A DNA stretch of 58,724 nt, the filler included, from Sphacelaria rigidula (taxonomy: Eukaryota), in the NCBI GenBank assembly GCA_964200075.2. It is 10 parts of 10 records of this genome, joined end to end, with 100 filler letters (N's around TTAATTAATTAA, not from the genome) between each part and the next. Parts side by side here need not be neighbours in the genome. Positions count along the whole stretch, not along the records: positions 5,884 to 11,666 come from CAXNAA020024499.1; positions 11,767 to 17,549 come from CAXNAA020024500.1; positions 17,650 to 23,432 come from CAXNAA020024501.1; positions 23,533 to 29,314 come from CAXNAA020024502.1; 6 more parts are not named here. One strand, given 5' to 3'. Positions within the stretch are counted from its first letter, which is position 1. Each line of letters opens with the position of its first letter. The notes beneath the pieces are model-generated. The model made no database searches. It was not told the DNA's origin and saw only the letters and a program-made list of their open reading frames with translations. This document shows, in pieces, positions 11,408 to 24,169 of this stretch. Made by a program: the position numbers and the translations under genes.

Positions 11408-13075
11408 AATTTAAAATATTTAAATTCACAGACGTTGTCCCAAAATAATTTGGAATTTTCAACAAAAAAAAATGGAATTTTCAAAATTGGGAGGGCCTCT
11501 CCACACACACGCGGCCATTCGGCTACCCCCTTAAAATCCTCTATCGTGATTTTCATCCTCTCGAGGGTAAAGCGACTCTCGGGAGGATAAAAATATCCTC
11601 TAGAGGGTATTTCATACTCGGTTCCGGTCATGAAACGAATCCTCTGGAGGGCATCTGATGCTTCAGNNNNNNNNNNNNNNNNNNNNNNNNNNNNNNNNNN
11701 NNNNNNNNNNTTAATTAATTAANNNNNNNNNNNNNNNNNNNNNNNNNNNNNNNNNNNNNNNNNNNNTTCCACGTGTCTGGGCTGCGTGTACCTGTGTTGC
11801 AACGCTGAAATAAGGCCTAGGGATTGATTCGTCACGAGTTGACTCATCATACTAAAACCAAGTAATTTCCAGACAAGTCATTATTTGTCCAACCCTTGCA
11901 GTCTTGGAATCTCCGGGGCCGTGCTGGCGCACCTCGAGCATGCTTTGATGTCGCACCGCATGTCACTTGTCAACTTCACTGTATTGAAATGCTGCAATGC
12001 AGCTGCACTGCATGCCTGCAGACACAATACGAACCGCACAGGACACTTATCCACCAACGGCTATAAAAACGACAACGGCAGCACAAAAAATCGATGTGTA
12101 ATCGCCATCTACTGCGCACAGCAGCGTAAGCAGCGGCTGTATCTGTGTGCACTGCGTTTTACGATACAGGAGCAGTACGTGCATCTACTTGACAATACCA
12201 AAGGCAAGGTAGCAGGGAATGCCCCAAATGCGAAGAGGCACATCGTTGTCGTCTGTGTTTTAATGGTTGAGTTTTCGATACCGGAAGGATTAAATACGGC
12301 ATAGCTGTGAAGTGGCGATGTGTAGCCCATCGGTAGGAGAACATGATGACCAAATTGACCAAAACAACAGAAAGTAGCCACTACCCTCCTTCAGGGCTTG
12401 GTTCCCGACGTAGAATTTCTCCCGTACCCGTCCAAACACGTATCGTTGACTTTTCGGTCAATCTGGAAACAGGCTTCTCCCCTCCTCAAAATCCACCCCG
12501 CCGCCCACCACCTTCTGGAAACCCCTAGATATGTCTGGACTGTCAGCTGGCGAAGCTTCTCTCCGACGATGCTCATAGTCTAACGATTTCACGGCTCTGA
12601 CACGTCTTACTAGAGCGATTACTTTCTCACGTAGCTTCTTTGCTTTGGACTCCAGCGTAATCATTCAGACCCACGGTCAGACGAGCGACGTTTCTCCGGA
12701 TAGACGTGGTCCACATACAGCTGTGTTCCACCGCTAGATAGAGGCAAACAACCGTCCTCTTCCCTTTATACTAAAAAAAAGTTCGACTACCCCCACTTCT
12801 AGCAGTACCTGATTACCATGCGCATGATATACAGCCCAATGGCTGACGGGTAGCGGGCAGCTGCATTTGGAATTTGGGTGTCTCACAACAAAGCCACATG
12901 AAGCAATTCTATTACGAAAAACATTAGAGATGAATTTCATGGTGTGGCTTTCACTCGCTTTTCCCTATCTTGTTCACACAAGTGCCTCGTTCACGCACCC
13001 TTGCCTACCTACTTCCCTTGTCTGTCTTTGATCCCCTTGCCCGGTGTCGTTGTCCCGTCCTCTATGGGTACACAG

Positions 13076-13109
13076 CTGGCCAGGAGAGATACAGGGCCAT
13101 CACGAGCGC
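13076..13109 (+). CDS. Rab-family small GTPase (Rab11-like), switch II exon
   Basis: cacag|CT acceptor, encodes (A)GQERYRAITSA, donor gtaagt. Confidence 0.85.
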
Positions 13110-13324
13110 GTAAGTGTCTCTTGTTACTTCAAGTGCTGTTCGTGTGCTAGGTAAAGTATCGTGTTCTTCCTGCTGGCACAATTACGGCAGATATCCATTG
13201 CGCAACGTTCGTAGTCTGGCGCATGACGTCACATTCGCCAGTGAAGCAAGCATCCTGCAGCATTTCCGTCACAAACGTGCCGGTTTGGTAAATTCATTTT
13301 CCTGCTTCCCTTGTCTTGCATCAG

Positions 13325-13482
13325 GCATTACAAGAGGGCGTCTGGAGCACTGCTGGTATTCGACGTTTCCAGTCGATCGAGCTTTGAAAACGCGGAGCGA
13401 GTGTGGCTACGAGAGTTGAGGAACGCCGCGGACTCAAATAGCAGTCTCATGGACTGCCTCGTGCTTGTCGGCAATAAAATTG
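13325..13482 (+). CDS. Rab-family small GTPase, internal exon
   Basis: Phase-consistent acceptor tcag|G. Encodes [31 protein letters not shown]...LVLVGNKI. Donor G|gtacgt. Confidence 0.88.
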
Positions 13483-14199
13483 GTACGTGTTCTTCTGTCT
13501 CTCACGTTGTTTTTTTCCCGAGGAAGCGGGGGATTGGTTGAGAAGCGTGCGCTTGAAGTTTGAAAGTGTGTGGCGAATCAGTTTGCTGTGGTTGAAAGGG
13601 GTTCAATTTCCCGAATTGATTTTACTCTAGTAGGTCCGTGGTGAGGCGCAGGGTTAGTCGCTCCTGAAAGTGGCCCCCACTTGCAGGTCTCGTACATCGC
13701 ACGCACTGCAGCATCACGGCGGCCCACGAAGATGTTTGGCCTCGTTGAGGTATGACGAGATTGGGTAACTGACGCCGAGGATCGTGCATATACTCACGCA
13801 TGGGATCATCGAGTTGTATGCGACACTGCTGGTCTGGTGGCTAGTATGATTCGATTGAACGCGACTCGAGGTACTACCGCTGTGTGCATGGATGACAAAA
13901 ACTCGTGGTCCTCACTGAACGAACGGCACGTTGTGAGAACACTTTCAGCGTAATTACGCTCTCAATCCCGTGGTGGCCTTACGCCGAGTTGTCCCTGTCG
14001 GAAGTGACGTATGTATGTCTTGGTTTCGCGCAACCAGACCACTTTGTATGAGCTGGGCCAGCAGTAAATCCCGCATTCGCATTTTACACCATAACTTATC
14101 AAGTTTACCAAATCAGCCCGACTTGAATATATCCGTGTGACCTGCAGACCAACGCGGTAACGCACGGGACCGCCGCCGAAGGAGTTTTTTTTTTAGTGT

Positions 14200-14325
14200 A
14201 CTGCATAATGTATCGCTTAACCGACGGAACAAAATGAAGGGAATTCGTTGGGATTCGAACTCGTGACCTCCATAACTGGAATCAACCGCATCACTTGGAT
14301 TAAACGAGCGCAGCCGTGCCACACG
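14200..14325 (-). repeat. Possible tRNA-related/SINE-like fragment in the Rab intron
   Basis: A B-box-like GAGTTCGAATCC on the minus strand (~14251-14262). No complete cloverleaf seen. Confidence 0.3.
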
Positions 14326-14695
14326 AAAAGTTGGATGCTGCGTCAAATTTCTGGAATTTTTGGTCGAAATTGTGCCAGGATCTCTTCTACACAAGGACGC
14401 ACAACTACACTGGGGATGCCTTGGCATTTCTGTATTTTCACGGAGTTGAAGCATTTTTATAATTTTTGCAGAAACTTCAAATCGCTCCAACTTTCCTTTT
14501 TTTTTTCTTCTTGGCATCCCCGGGGAGGTTGTGCGTGTGATCATGAAAGATTTGTGTCGAGATTTCAGCGCCCAACGCTTCGGATTACCCACCGCCCGGC
14601 CCGGATTTATTCGCAAATCACTGTCAGCTGGCCCAGCTCGTACCTTCACCATTATCTAGTGCTTAATGCGTACTGTTCCTGTCTGTTCTGTGCAG

Positions 14696-14979
14696 ACCTG
14701 CCAAACGCTGAGGTGCACGAGACGGATCAAGAAAGCGCCGCCTCAAGAATGGGACTGGCATCGTCGGCTCGGGTGTCCGCAAAGACCGGACAGGGAGTGG
14801 ACAAGGCGTTTGAGCGCCTGATTTTGCGCGTGTACGAAGTGGAGCATGGCACCGGTGCTGACGGTGGAAAGCAAGCCGATGCTCCGCCACCCAAGGAGGT
14901 GACAAGGGGGATTGTCTTAACTCCATCGTCTCTAAAACCTACAGAGAGAAGGGACAAGGGTGACGTCGACTGTTGCTAA
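14696..14979 (+). CDS. Rab-family small GTPase, last exon
   Basis: tgcag|AC completes GNKI-D (G4 NKxD). G5 reads VSAKTG, followed by VDKAFERLI, a hypervariable tail and the C-terminal CC prenylation motif before TAA. Confidence 0.88.
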
Positions 14980-16477
14980 CGAAGGGCGGCGACGAGCAAC
15001 TACTGTTAGGAGTGGTGGATTGAGTGTCTCGTTGTTTTGTATGAGCTTTCAGTTTTTCATTTCTCCGAGTAGGGTCATCTGCGGTTGCCGCCAAATTTTT
15101 CTAGGCGAGTAAACTCCTGTTATTCTCAAGAAGTTGTGAGGTGAACGACTCGTATTCTTTGCCGACGGTGTGGATGCGCGCAGTTTTTGGGTGTTCTCTT
15201 CGAGGGGCTTTTCAATTGTTCAAAGTTGTGGGTTGCTACTCCTTTCTGTCTTGCCGCTTGTCTTCGTCCGCAGGCCTTCACACATTCAAAGTAAACCGAT
15301 ATTATTGTCTTTTTCAAAAAAAGGCTTTGTATGCGCACGATGACTGGGTGTGTCGCTGTTACTTGGTACGTGTAAAAATTGGGATATTTTTGTTGCGTGT
15401 CCCCCAAGCGGTCAGCAATCGCTCACATATATGTTTTGGATTGCAACCCGGCTGTCACGGCACTGCACAGGGAGATATGGACTGCGGGCACCTGTGCCTT
15501 TTTCTCTCCTTTCAGTAGTGCAAGCTTATCTGGTATACGAGTAAAAGGTTGGTTTGTTGCGACACACGTGAGTAGCGCTGATGCGAAAAATCACGTGCCC
15601 GTAGAGCAGTGGAAGCAGCATCAAGTCGCCGGCATGTTTACTGGTGAATTTGAAGAGACTTGTGACTTGAACGACCTGGAACAGCTTTGGTGCGGGAGGG
15701 GGAGGGGGGGTTTCCACTATTCTTTGTGGCTGTCGGCAGTCACGGTGCAGATTGCTATCCAAAAAATACAGTTTTGTCTTGGGTCGTTGTAGTGTGCTGT
15801 CAGGGTTAGTCAAACGTTTCAAATATATAAATGTGTGGACATTCAAGTATTTTTCGCAAGTTGCGGTGTAGGGAAGATCGAACAAGCTGTTCGGCATAAT
15901 CTGGTGTGAGGTACAAAAAAAACAAAAATATTAATTTGTCATAAGCTCCATGTCGCGTTTGTCGTCTGAACATCGGCGTTACACCTGGTGCCGGCATTGC
16001 CTCCTCATGAGACATCACATGCAACGGGTCTTCATGCGGTTCCATTCTTCCACCAATTAGATTTCGGCACATTAAAAGGCGCCCCGACTTCTCTCGTTAT
16101 GGCCACGATAGTTTGCGAGTCTCGGGATGAGGACAAGATATGGACTGGGCTTGATGTCGGCATATCCATGCACCTACACATACAGATGGATCTCCGACGC
16201 CAAGAAGAAATTTATGCGCTCGTAGCAGTTACTCTTGCGCGGATGCTGCTCTCACAGGAGATGAAAAACCGTAAAGGTACCTGTGTGCGTGGCAAACGGT
16301 TCCGACCAGCAGAAAAGCATCTTGTACTGCGGAAAAAGTTGCTTGTTTTGCCCAGTGTTGTCGTCCCATCTATTCTGGGCGCCAGTCTGTACATATTTTA
16401 CCCTGTACAGTATGCACCATCTATGGAGAGCAAGAAAATCACATGTCGCCACTCATCGCTGATAGTGTTTTCGCTCT

Positions 16478-16747
16478 TCAGGAGTCAGAGAGCTCCAGTT
16501 CGAATTCAGACGCGCTGTCACTGTCGGAGCCTGTGGCACCACTTTTTTCAGAGCCATTGCCATCGTTATCGTCACTGCCCATGTCTTCGGAATCGCTGGG
16601 CGCGGACGGCCCGGCCCGGCGTCCCTTGGGCTGCTGCGGGGTAGACGCTTCCGTCCGACGTCGCCGTCTTGATCCCTCGATGACATTGCTCATATCGAGC
16701 CCTTCCAGATCAGCCTCCCTTGCCCTTTTCTCTTGCGCCTCTGTGAT
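16478..16747 (-). CDS. CHZ-domain histone-chaperone-like (HIRIP3-like) protein, last exon
   Basis: ttgcag|ATC acceptor. Encodes ITEAQEKRAREADLEGLDMSNVIEGSRRRRR, resembling the CHZ motif (E..LD..NII.G.RR), then an acidic Ser/Asp-rich tail and stop. Confidence 0.7.
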   Translation of the reverse strand: MTEAQEKRAREADLEGLDMSNVIEGSRRRRRTEASTPQQPKGRRAGPSAPSDSEDMGSDDNDGNGSEKSGATGSDSDSASEFELELSDS

Positions 16748-16949
16748 CTGCAAATTTGTGGCGAAGCGAACAGGTGACCAGTTATGAACGATTTTATAAA
16801 GAAGCACCGTGGACGTTCGATCGCTATATGTTGGTGACACGGAGGCAAAGAACGCCACAGTCTGTCTCACTACCCTTCGTAGACAGCTATACAAGCCGAG
16901 CGAGTTATTGGCAATATCTGGCCGACATGGCATCATTCCTTTACCTCAC

Positions 16950-17064
16950 CTGTTGCTGCTTGGGATAGGCCCCCGAGAAATGCGCGCCAGCGGCGATGAG
17001 ACGATCCCTCAGCGTACGTTCTGCTTCCCTTCTGTCCATCTGCTTCAGCCCGATCAATGCTCGT
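16950..17064 (-). CDS. CHZ-domain protein, penultimate exon
   Basis: ttacag|A acceptor. Encodes RALIGLKQMDRREAERTLRDRLIAAGAHFSGAYPKQQQ. The CAG|gtgagg donor is in phase 0 with the last exon. Confidence 0.68.
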
Positions 17065-17480
17065 CTGTAAAGTTAAAACGACACCAAGCATTATGCCGAT
17101 GACATGATGGAGTCAGGTGTCGCCTCTGAAAGATTTCGGAGACACGAAGAAACGTATGCCATACATGTAAAAAATATTAGGGTGAAAGCCGAACACGTTG
17201 TTCCTCCTGGTGATAGCTTGACGTTTCTGCCTATAACGGCCGACAACCCCAACAAACTGGTCGAACAAAGCAAGGTGAAACGAATCCATACACCAACGAT
17301 CTCGAGCTCACCGTCAGGAACACCCCTAAAACTTCGTTTTCAATCTGTTGAAAACCGCACGGAGCGGTCTGTAGACGCTGCAAGCTGGTGAAGGATTGGG
17401 TATGCCCCGCATGATCTGGAGCTTTACTGGTATTCTGTATTTAATAGAGGGTGTCGGACCGTTCTAAGGTGCACTTACTT

Positions 17481-17549
17481 GACCAGTCGCCCCGGTGGCT
17501 CAGTTGGTAACCTCGTAACCTTCTGATGGTTGAGTTGGGGGGTTCGATT
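17481..17549 (+). mobile_element. tRNA-derived SINE family C head (cut by contig end)
   Basis: A box TGGCTCAGTTGG and B box GGTTCGATT. Nearly identical to 58648-58724 and similar to 22822. Confidence 0.75.
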
Positions 17550-18080
17550 NNNNNNNNNNNNNNNNNNNNNNNNNNNNNNNNNNNNNNNNNNNNTTAATTA
17601 ATTAANNNNNNNNNNNNNNNNNNNNNNNNNNNNNNNNNNNNNNNNNNNNCCGAGCCTTTTGAACAAAATAAATGAAATTTCGATGGTCCGTTAAACCTCA
17701 ATTGAATGTTGAACTTTGAAAACGAATCCAGGCTGTTGAAGGTAGGACCGCATGCTGGGTTCCCTCATATGTCACACATCCAGTCATAACACAATCCGTT
17801 ACCGCAGACGAAATCTGGTACCCATAATATGTCATCAATCTGCTCCCCGTGTACCCGAATTAATCCACGTACACATGTACTACTGTCCAGCTCGACGATA
17901 TTCAAGTAGCGACGATATTCAACTAGCCCCCCTCGTCGAGGCTCAACCTTACTCATATCATACACAAAATCTTACTTCCATCCCATGAGATCAGACAAAT
18001 TCAAAAGCACAAATGCCGGGATACAAGGAAGACTCAGCAAAAAAAGAATCGTCAAGGCACATCATCTCCTGAATTATATG

Positions 18081-20840
18081 CCCCCCTGACCCCACATCCT
18101 CTCACCATTTTCGGGAGCATCAAGTATCAGAACTCATGAGGTGTTTTTCCAAAAATCTACCAAGAAAAAAACACTCTTTTCACCACAGTAATCAAAAGAT
18201 ACTCATGACATAGTCACGGTGGAATTCAAAGCAGTCTGCCGGTAAAACCTTCGACAAAAAGTCGGCATGCTGGTACTCAGATCTGACATGAATAGTTGAA
18301 ATATCCCGTCTTCCCACTAATTCCCTGAAAAATGGTATCTTACATCGATGTGCTTGGAATTAGAGGTTGATATGGGATTATATGCCATTTGAATAGCACC
18401 CTGGTTATTCTCGAACATCGGGATACATGTCTCTCCAACTTCAGGCAGCATGAATTCCCACCCCTGTCTCAAAAACAGCACCTCCTTCACCAAGTCGGTT
18501 ATTGCAACGTCTTCTGCTTCAGAAGTCGACAACGTCACACACTTTTTTGTCCTTGAGAAGCATGACACACATCCACCCCGCACATGACTAATCCACCCGA
18601 CACTGATCGCCTATCGGCAGCCTTACTCGCGTAATCTCCATCAGCATATGCGCGAAAGCTGAGACCTTGCAAACTGCCACTCCGAAAAGTAGTGCCCAAT
18701 GTGCTCGTTCGCCTAACATACCCAGGTATACCAAGAGCATTGCGCCAGTGAATAAACCTTGGGGATGCGCAATATCTCGCTACCGCTCTCATCGCGTTAC
18801 AAATATCCGGTCTCTTCTGGTTTGCCAGCCACATGAGTGACCCTACCAATTCTCTGAATGGGAACGTCGTGACCTGCTCAGCGTCATTGAAACCCTCGAG
18901 TTTTACACCTGCACTCATAGGCGTCTTACTCCCCCATGATATATTGTACTTCTCCGCCAACTCCTCTGCAAACGTTTGTTACGATACAGTAAGGGTACCC
19001 CTTTTCAAGTCTCTCTCGTACTATAGTCCCGAATACCATCTCAGTTCTCCTGGATTCTTGACTGGAACCATCGTGTTCAGCTGTTCACCAAATCCATCAC
19101 ACCTTTCCTCATCCCCTACGGCAAAGATATCATAGACATGTACCACCAAGGTGATCACCACTTGGTTGTCCTCCATCAGTTGGAACACACACGAATCCGT
19201 CAAGCACTGATCAAAACCTAAATTCTTAAGGCATCATGCTAAATGAATATGCCGCTGTCTCGAAGCCTGTCTGAGGCTATAGAGCGATTTATTGAGTCTC
19301 ACTACCTTACCAGACAAATCACCACAGCCATGAGGCAAACGCATAAAAACATCTTCGTTCAGCACGGACTGCACAAAGACTTGCTTGATATCGAAATGGC
19401 GCAACGAAAGATTTCGCTCACAAGCAAGTGCTGTCAGCAATCGTACACTCGAAACCGCTACTGTAGGTGCATACAATGCACCAAAGTTAATGTCTGCCCG
19501 TTGTCGATCTCGCCTTGCGACCAGGCTTGATTTCGCTTTCGTTGGCCACCCAAACTCATCAGTCTTCCAGTTGTAAACCCACTTCGCGGAAATAATATTA
19601 TCTACTGATTGCTATATTACCGCATCCATGGTTCCCGCTTAATTCAGGCCTTGAAACTCTCGCGCCATGGAGCCCTCCCATACTCCTCCCTATTCTGGGC
19701 GTGTTGCTTCAGCGTATGTCTTTGGTGTGGTCAACTCTTTCACTGGGCGATGGGGAAGTCTAGGTGGTTCATACGGCGGACGCTCCTCCTTCATTGCTAT
19801 GTTGATGTCCTCGCGCGTTGCCATTGTAGTCGCAGCCCGATGTTGCAAACCCTTGCGCCCCCCTGCCCCATCGCCCTGCCGCTTCCTTCGGGCCTCTCTT
19901 GCGGAGCGCGTCAGGTGGGCGAATGAAAGGGATGGTTTGTCGAGCTGCGCAAAAAGATCCCTCTCATGATGGAAAAGTGTAATGCTGTCGTCCCCCTTCC
20001 TCTCGACTGTATGCTGGGCCGTCTCCGATCGGGTCCTCCCCGGTTGCTGAGGGTCACTACTCAGGTCAAGTTTTTTCGCCACCCTGTCGGGCAACGGTGA
20101 TAGAGAGCGGTCTTGTAGACGGTGAGTTGCTGATGAAGCCTCAAAATGGATGATGGTGCCGAAGAGCCATTGAAAATTGAGGTTGAAGTTGGTTGACGGT
20201 GCAGCGAATGAGGTTGCTGGGGTGGTGAAGTCGGCCGTATGTCGCGCTGGTTCTGTTTGTGTTGCGTGGCGACGGATGGTGGTGGTGCCGACGATGTGGT
20301 GGAAGTTGGAGATGAATGATGTGCCGCACGAGTTGGTGTAAATATCGGTGGTGGCACGGTTGTGCGATGTAGTGGCGGTGGCAAAGTATATTGTGGTTGC
20401 GGGTAAATGAGATAATAAGGTCAATGTCGCGGCGGAAAACAATTGAAAGGTCGCAGCGGGACGAGATGGGAAGGCTTTTGGTGTCGTCCCAGCGGAGCAG
20501 TATAATATGGTCGTGGTGAGATGGGATAGTAAGTTCGCGGACCAGCACGGTGTGGCGGCGGCGGCAAGTTGGCGGCGGCGGCATGCGATTGCGGCAGTGG
20601 GATAGTTTGGTTTCGCGGCGGCGGCGGGTTGTAGACGGCGGCGGCGGGTGCGGGATGATGTGATGATGGAGCGACATGGTGGTGCGGCGGCAACACGCGA
20701 AGATACCGTCGAACAGCAAAACCAAACATTTCAGGGATTGGCATCAGGCAGTCCGTGAAGAACGGAACAGAAATCGACAAATTACCGTTCGTATTATGAA
20801 ACAACGCGCATGAAACGCTTTGCAGGTTGGACGACACGCA
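18081..20840 (-). mobile_element. Decayed, internally deleted Ty1/copia LTR retrotransposon (RT-RNase H retained)
   Basis: Minus-strand motifs KSSLVARRDRQ, YAPTV, HFDIKQVF, LNKSLYSLRQASR, VVHVYDIF, PFRELVGSLMWLA, RPDI, AYADGDYA...RRSVSG, TLSTSEAE, NNQGAI, SKHIDVRYHF and QHADFLSK, with frameshifts and a stop at 18192. A PPT-like GGGGTCAGGGGGG lies at 18093-18081. The Pro/His-rich region at 20050-20840 is gag-like. No integrase motifs seen. The upper boundary is approximate. Confidence 0.85.
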
Positions 20841-22099
20841 TTATCATGGAGAAGAAACTCTCCGTACCCCCATTAGTGTTCTATGCGCCTGTAAAAAGTC
20901 TACTGTCCTTCATTAATATCTGGCGGGGGGACAGGGAAGCCGTCCTCCCTCAGGTCTTGAGAGTCGTTTGAAGTGGGTAGATAAAGTTGAGAAAAATCAG
21001 CTGTTTAACTTTCATACCCTTGCGAACTTCGGCCGGGAGTAAGTACCGTAGCAGCGAAGCTAGCTATGGTTGGGTTTGCCTGCCGTACTATCGACAGCGT
21101 TGCGTGAAAGCCATAAAACCTTTACTGTCGGCGGTTGATGGCGTGAGCCTCAAATGCAAAGACAAGTGGTGAATCGTAGAGCACTCTCGTCCCAGCTTGT
21201 AATGCATGGCCTCCTCACATCGGAATAGTTCTGGAAAACTACTCTTACTGTACCGAGCTAGGTGTTCACGCGACCAGCGTGTGCTCCAGAATGCAGCATG
21301 GACAGACTCCTATGCGCCACACTAGCGACAGTTAGGTCACGACCATAGGTATCTTTTTTCACTCCGCATGTCAAGAAGGTCTCTACAAGGGTTTGGTCTC
21401 TCATACACTTCCCTCAACTGGCGTGTGGCACGTAGTCCTCGTCGGGATCCAGAGGGTCAGATGTGGGTAAAATCAATGATGAATAACACCCCCCGAGTTC
21501 AAATTGAATCTATTTGTTATAGCCGCACCATCGCCCTTGCTGGCATGTGTGTGACAGAGAACAGCAGTTACGGTGACGGGAACATTGCCCTGTTTTTCAA
21601 CGACATGTTTTTGAGCGCACAGAGGCGCGTCCTGTCCAAAAGGAGACGCAGAGAGAAATCGATCTCCGCATTCGTGAGCTCGACAGGCAATTGTGAGACG
21701 ATAGAAAATCTCTCCGCAGCTCGATGTTTCGGCACATGAAAAATTGGGCACATGCTGGTGACATCGGTGATGCCAGTCTCTCGAGAGTTTGGTAATCGCC
21801 GAGCGAGGACACACAAAGGACACAGGCGAGGAGCTTCCTTTCTGTCGTTGCTTCTCCGTGTGTGTGATATCGTCATCGACACGCATGTACACCGCATTCG
21901 TTAGGTGCACCTAGCCACAGCTGTTTTACTGCTGCGGACGTTTGGGGGGGAGGTGGCTTCGCTCAGTCGTAAGTGTTTCGCGTGATCCCTGCAAAAATGA
22001 AATGCCACTTCACCTCACTTTTGAGATGGACCCCATTTTCTAGGATCCACTGTTAGAAGAAGAAGCAGATGTTTAAACCCCGCAAAGCCTTCTAGACTT

Positions 22100-22462
22100 T
22101 TCGGTTTTTGTCAGTATCTATTGATCAATTCCTTGCAAGAAAATTGACGAAAAAAAGAAACCAGGAGAATTGAAAGAAAACGCCCTCTTGCACCTGAGGT
22201 CATCAGGACAGAGCGGACAAGGAGCAGAAGCAGAAGCAGATTTACAAACCCCGCAAAGTCCACCAGACCTTTCGGTTTTGTCAGTGTTTATTAATCATTT
22301 TCTTGCAACAAACTTACCAGAAGAAAGTCAAAACAGTCTGGATTGATCAATTTCCTGCAACAAAGTTGACAAAAAAAATCATGGCAATTTTCGAAACAAC
22401 GTCCTCCGGGGACAGGGAAGGGGGGGCTACGTGTCCGAAAACGTTCTTCGCGCTGGCCCCTG
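22100..22462. repeat. Family D dispersed repeat with internal subrepeats (MITE-like end)
   Basis: Reiterated tattgatcaatt(t)cttgcaa units and the terminus ...cgcgctggcccctg, shared with 48410-48591 (...cgcgctgccccctg). Confidence 0.65.
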
Positions 22463-22821
22463 AATAAACACGGATTTTCACAAATTGTTGGTGATAAATC
22501 TTTGCTTCAAGAGAAGCGAGGCCACACATTACGGCCGGAGAGTGCATTTACATCTTCCCCCGAGTTGTTTTCGATGGTATGATTCCCAAGGGTCATCCTC
22601 CAAAAAAGTTCACCCGGAATTAATTTGTAAGATCCCGTGTTTGTAGGGCTAAACTTCTAAAATCCAAACAGACCACAACAAGTTCGGACAATCGCGTCGT
22701 GTAAGCTAAGATCAGAGGACGTGTCTGAGCACATCACGGTTCTATCGAAAATTTCCAACGGAAAGGAAAACTTCCGATCTGATAAGTCGTAATTTCATTG
22801 TAAATGACCTGGACATGAGCA

Positions 22822-23192
22822 CCGGTCGCCCCGATGGCTCAGTTGGTAAACTCGAAACCTTCTGACGGTTGGGTCTTGGGTTTGAATCGCGATGCAGTCA
22901 CACAAGGTGGGATTATTTCTCACACCTTGCCCAAGAGTGAAGAACGACTATATCGTGCGTACACGAAATTCGACTTCGCGGTCGACGAGGAAAAGGGACC
23001 GCTGAATCCCTCTCGCAATACAAATTAAGGCAATCACTGCAGAAGAAAGATAGCGTACTGCAACACAATAAAGAAGGGAAATCCTCTCCTCGGCCTTCCT
23101 CCTGTGTGTAGCCCCAGCTGATGCGCCCACATATACCGAAATGTCTAGGCTGGCGTCCACATTCACTGGGACTACGACACAAAACAAAACAC
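22822..23192 (+). mobile_element. Near full-length tRNA-derived SINE (family C)
   Basis: A box tggctcagttgg (22835-22846), B-box-like ggtttgaatc (22879-22888), a body shared with 9210-9454, and a simple-repeat tail acacaaaacaaaacac. No clear TSD. Confidence 0.75.
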
Positions 23193-24169
23193 GCGAATGA
23201 CGACGTACCAGATATTGTTTTTTATTTCCTACAGCACTTTCTCGATCGAAAAATATCTTGCGAAGGTACGGCCAGAACCGATGAACCCCTAGACGGCGAG
23301 GGTAGGTCATCTGGCCATGCACTGATTTTTCAAGTGAAGCTGATGATGATTCAATAAATAACCTATGCTCGCGGTCAAAGGGTTAAAACAGCCGATCATC
23401 TATGTTGAGGATGGTGCTTTTCATTGAGGATGNNNNNNNNNNNNNNNNNNNNNNNNNNNNNNNNNNNNNNNNNNNNTTAATTAATTAANNNNNNNNNNNN
23501 NNNNNNNNNNNNNNNNNNNNNNNNNNNNNNNNATCTACTTAGGTGCCTTGTTTGCAGATCGGAGCGTGCGATGTAGTAGTGATCGATCTGACGCAGTAAG
23601 CTACCCCCCCCCCCCGTTCATGAAGAACAGCCAGGGCCAATTACCAACGTACGGATGGCTACGGGCACAACTAGTACGATAGTAATGAATCGGAACCTGG
23701 AGGGACGTCATCCCCCTGCAAATTTGTGCGTCAAGTAAAATCCCAAGTCGCCTCGTAGCGTGGACCCTGTACGGACTCATGCTACGGTAGGGGTTGCACA
23801 TCCGGGCTCAGATATTTGTCCTTCAGAGGCTCCTAACGAAAAAAAAATTCGGAGCACAAAAACAACACTGCGGCGGCTCGTTTATCGTCGTCGTCCCTGC
23901 CGCCCAATTTCGCGATATACATGCACACACATTTGTGTACATTATATTATATACGAAGTAAATTTTATTATTGTTATTTTTTATATTTTTATCAAGTATA
24001 TATATATATATGCATATATAACCCGAAACAAATGCATGGTCATGGCAGAACACGCACCGTGTATCACCATCACACCAAGAACTTTCTCCATCCCCATCAA
24101 AAATGAGGGGCAACACAAAAAAAGTCAACAAGAAAAAAAAAAACGGTGGCTCTCGTTTCATTCACGTAC

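Noticed and set aside
17481..17549. tRNA genes at 17481, 22822 and 58648
   Set aside because: A/B boxes are present but there is no convincing acceptor or anticodon stem. The complete copy continues into a shared repeat body, so these are called SINE heads.
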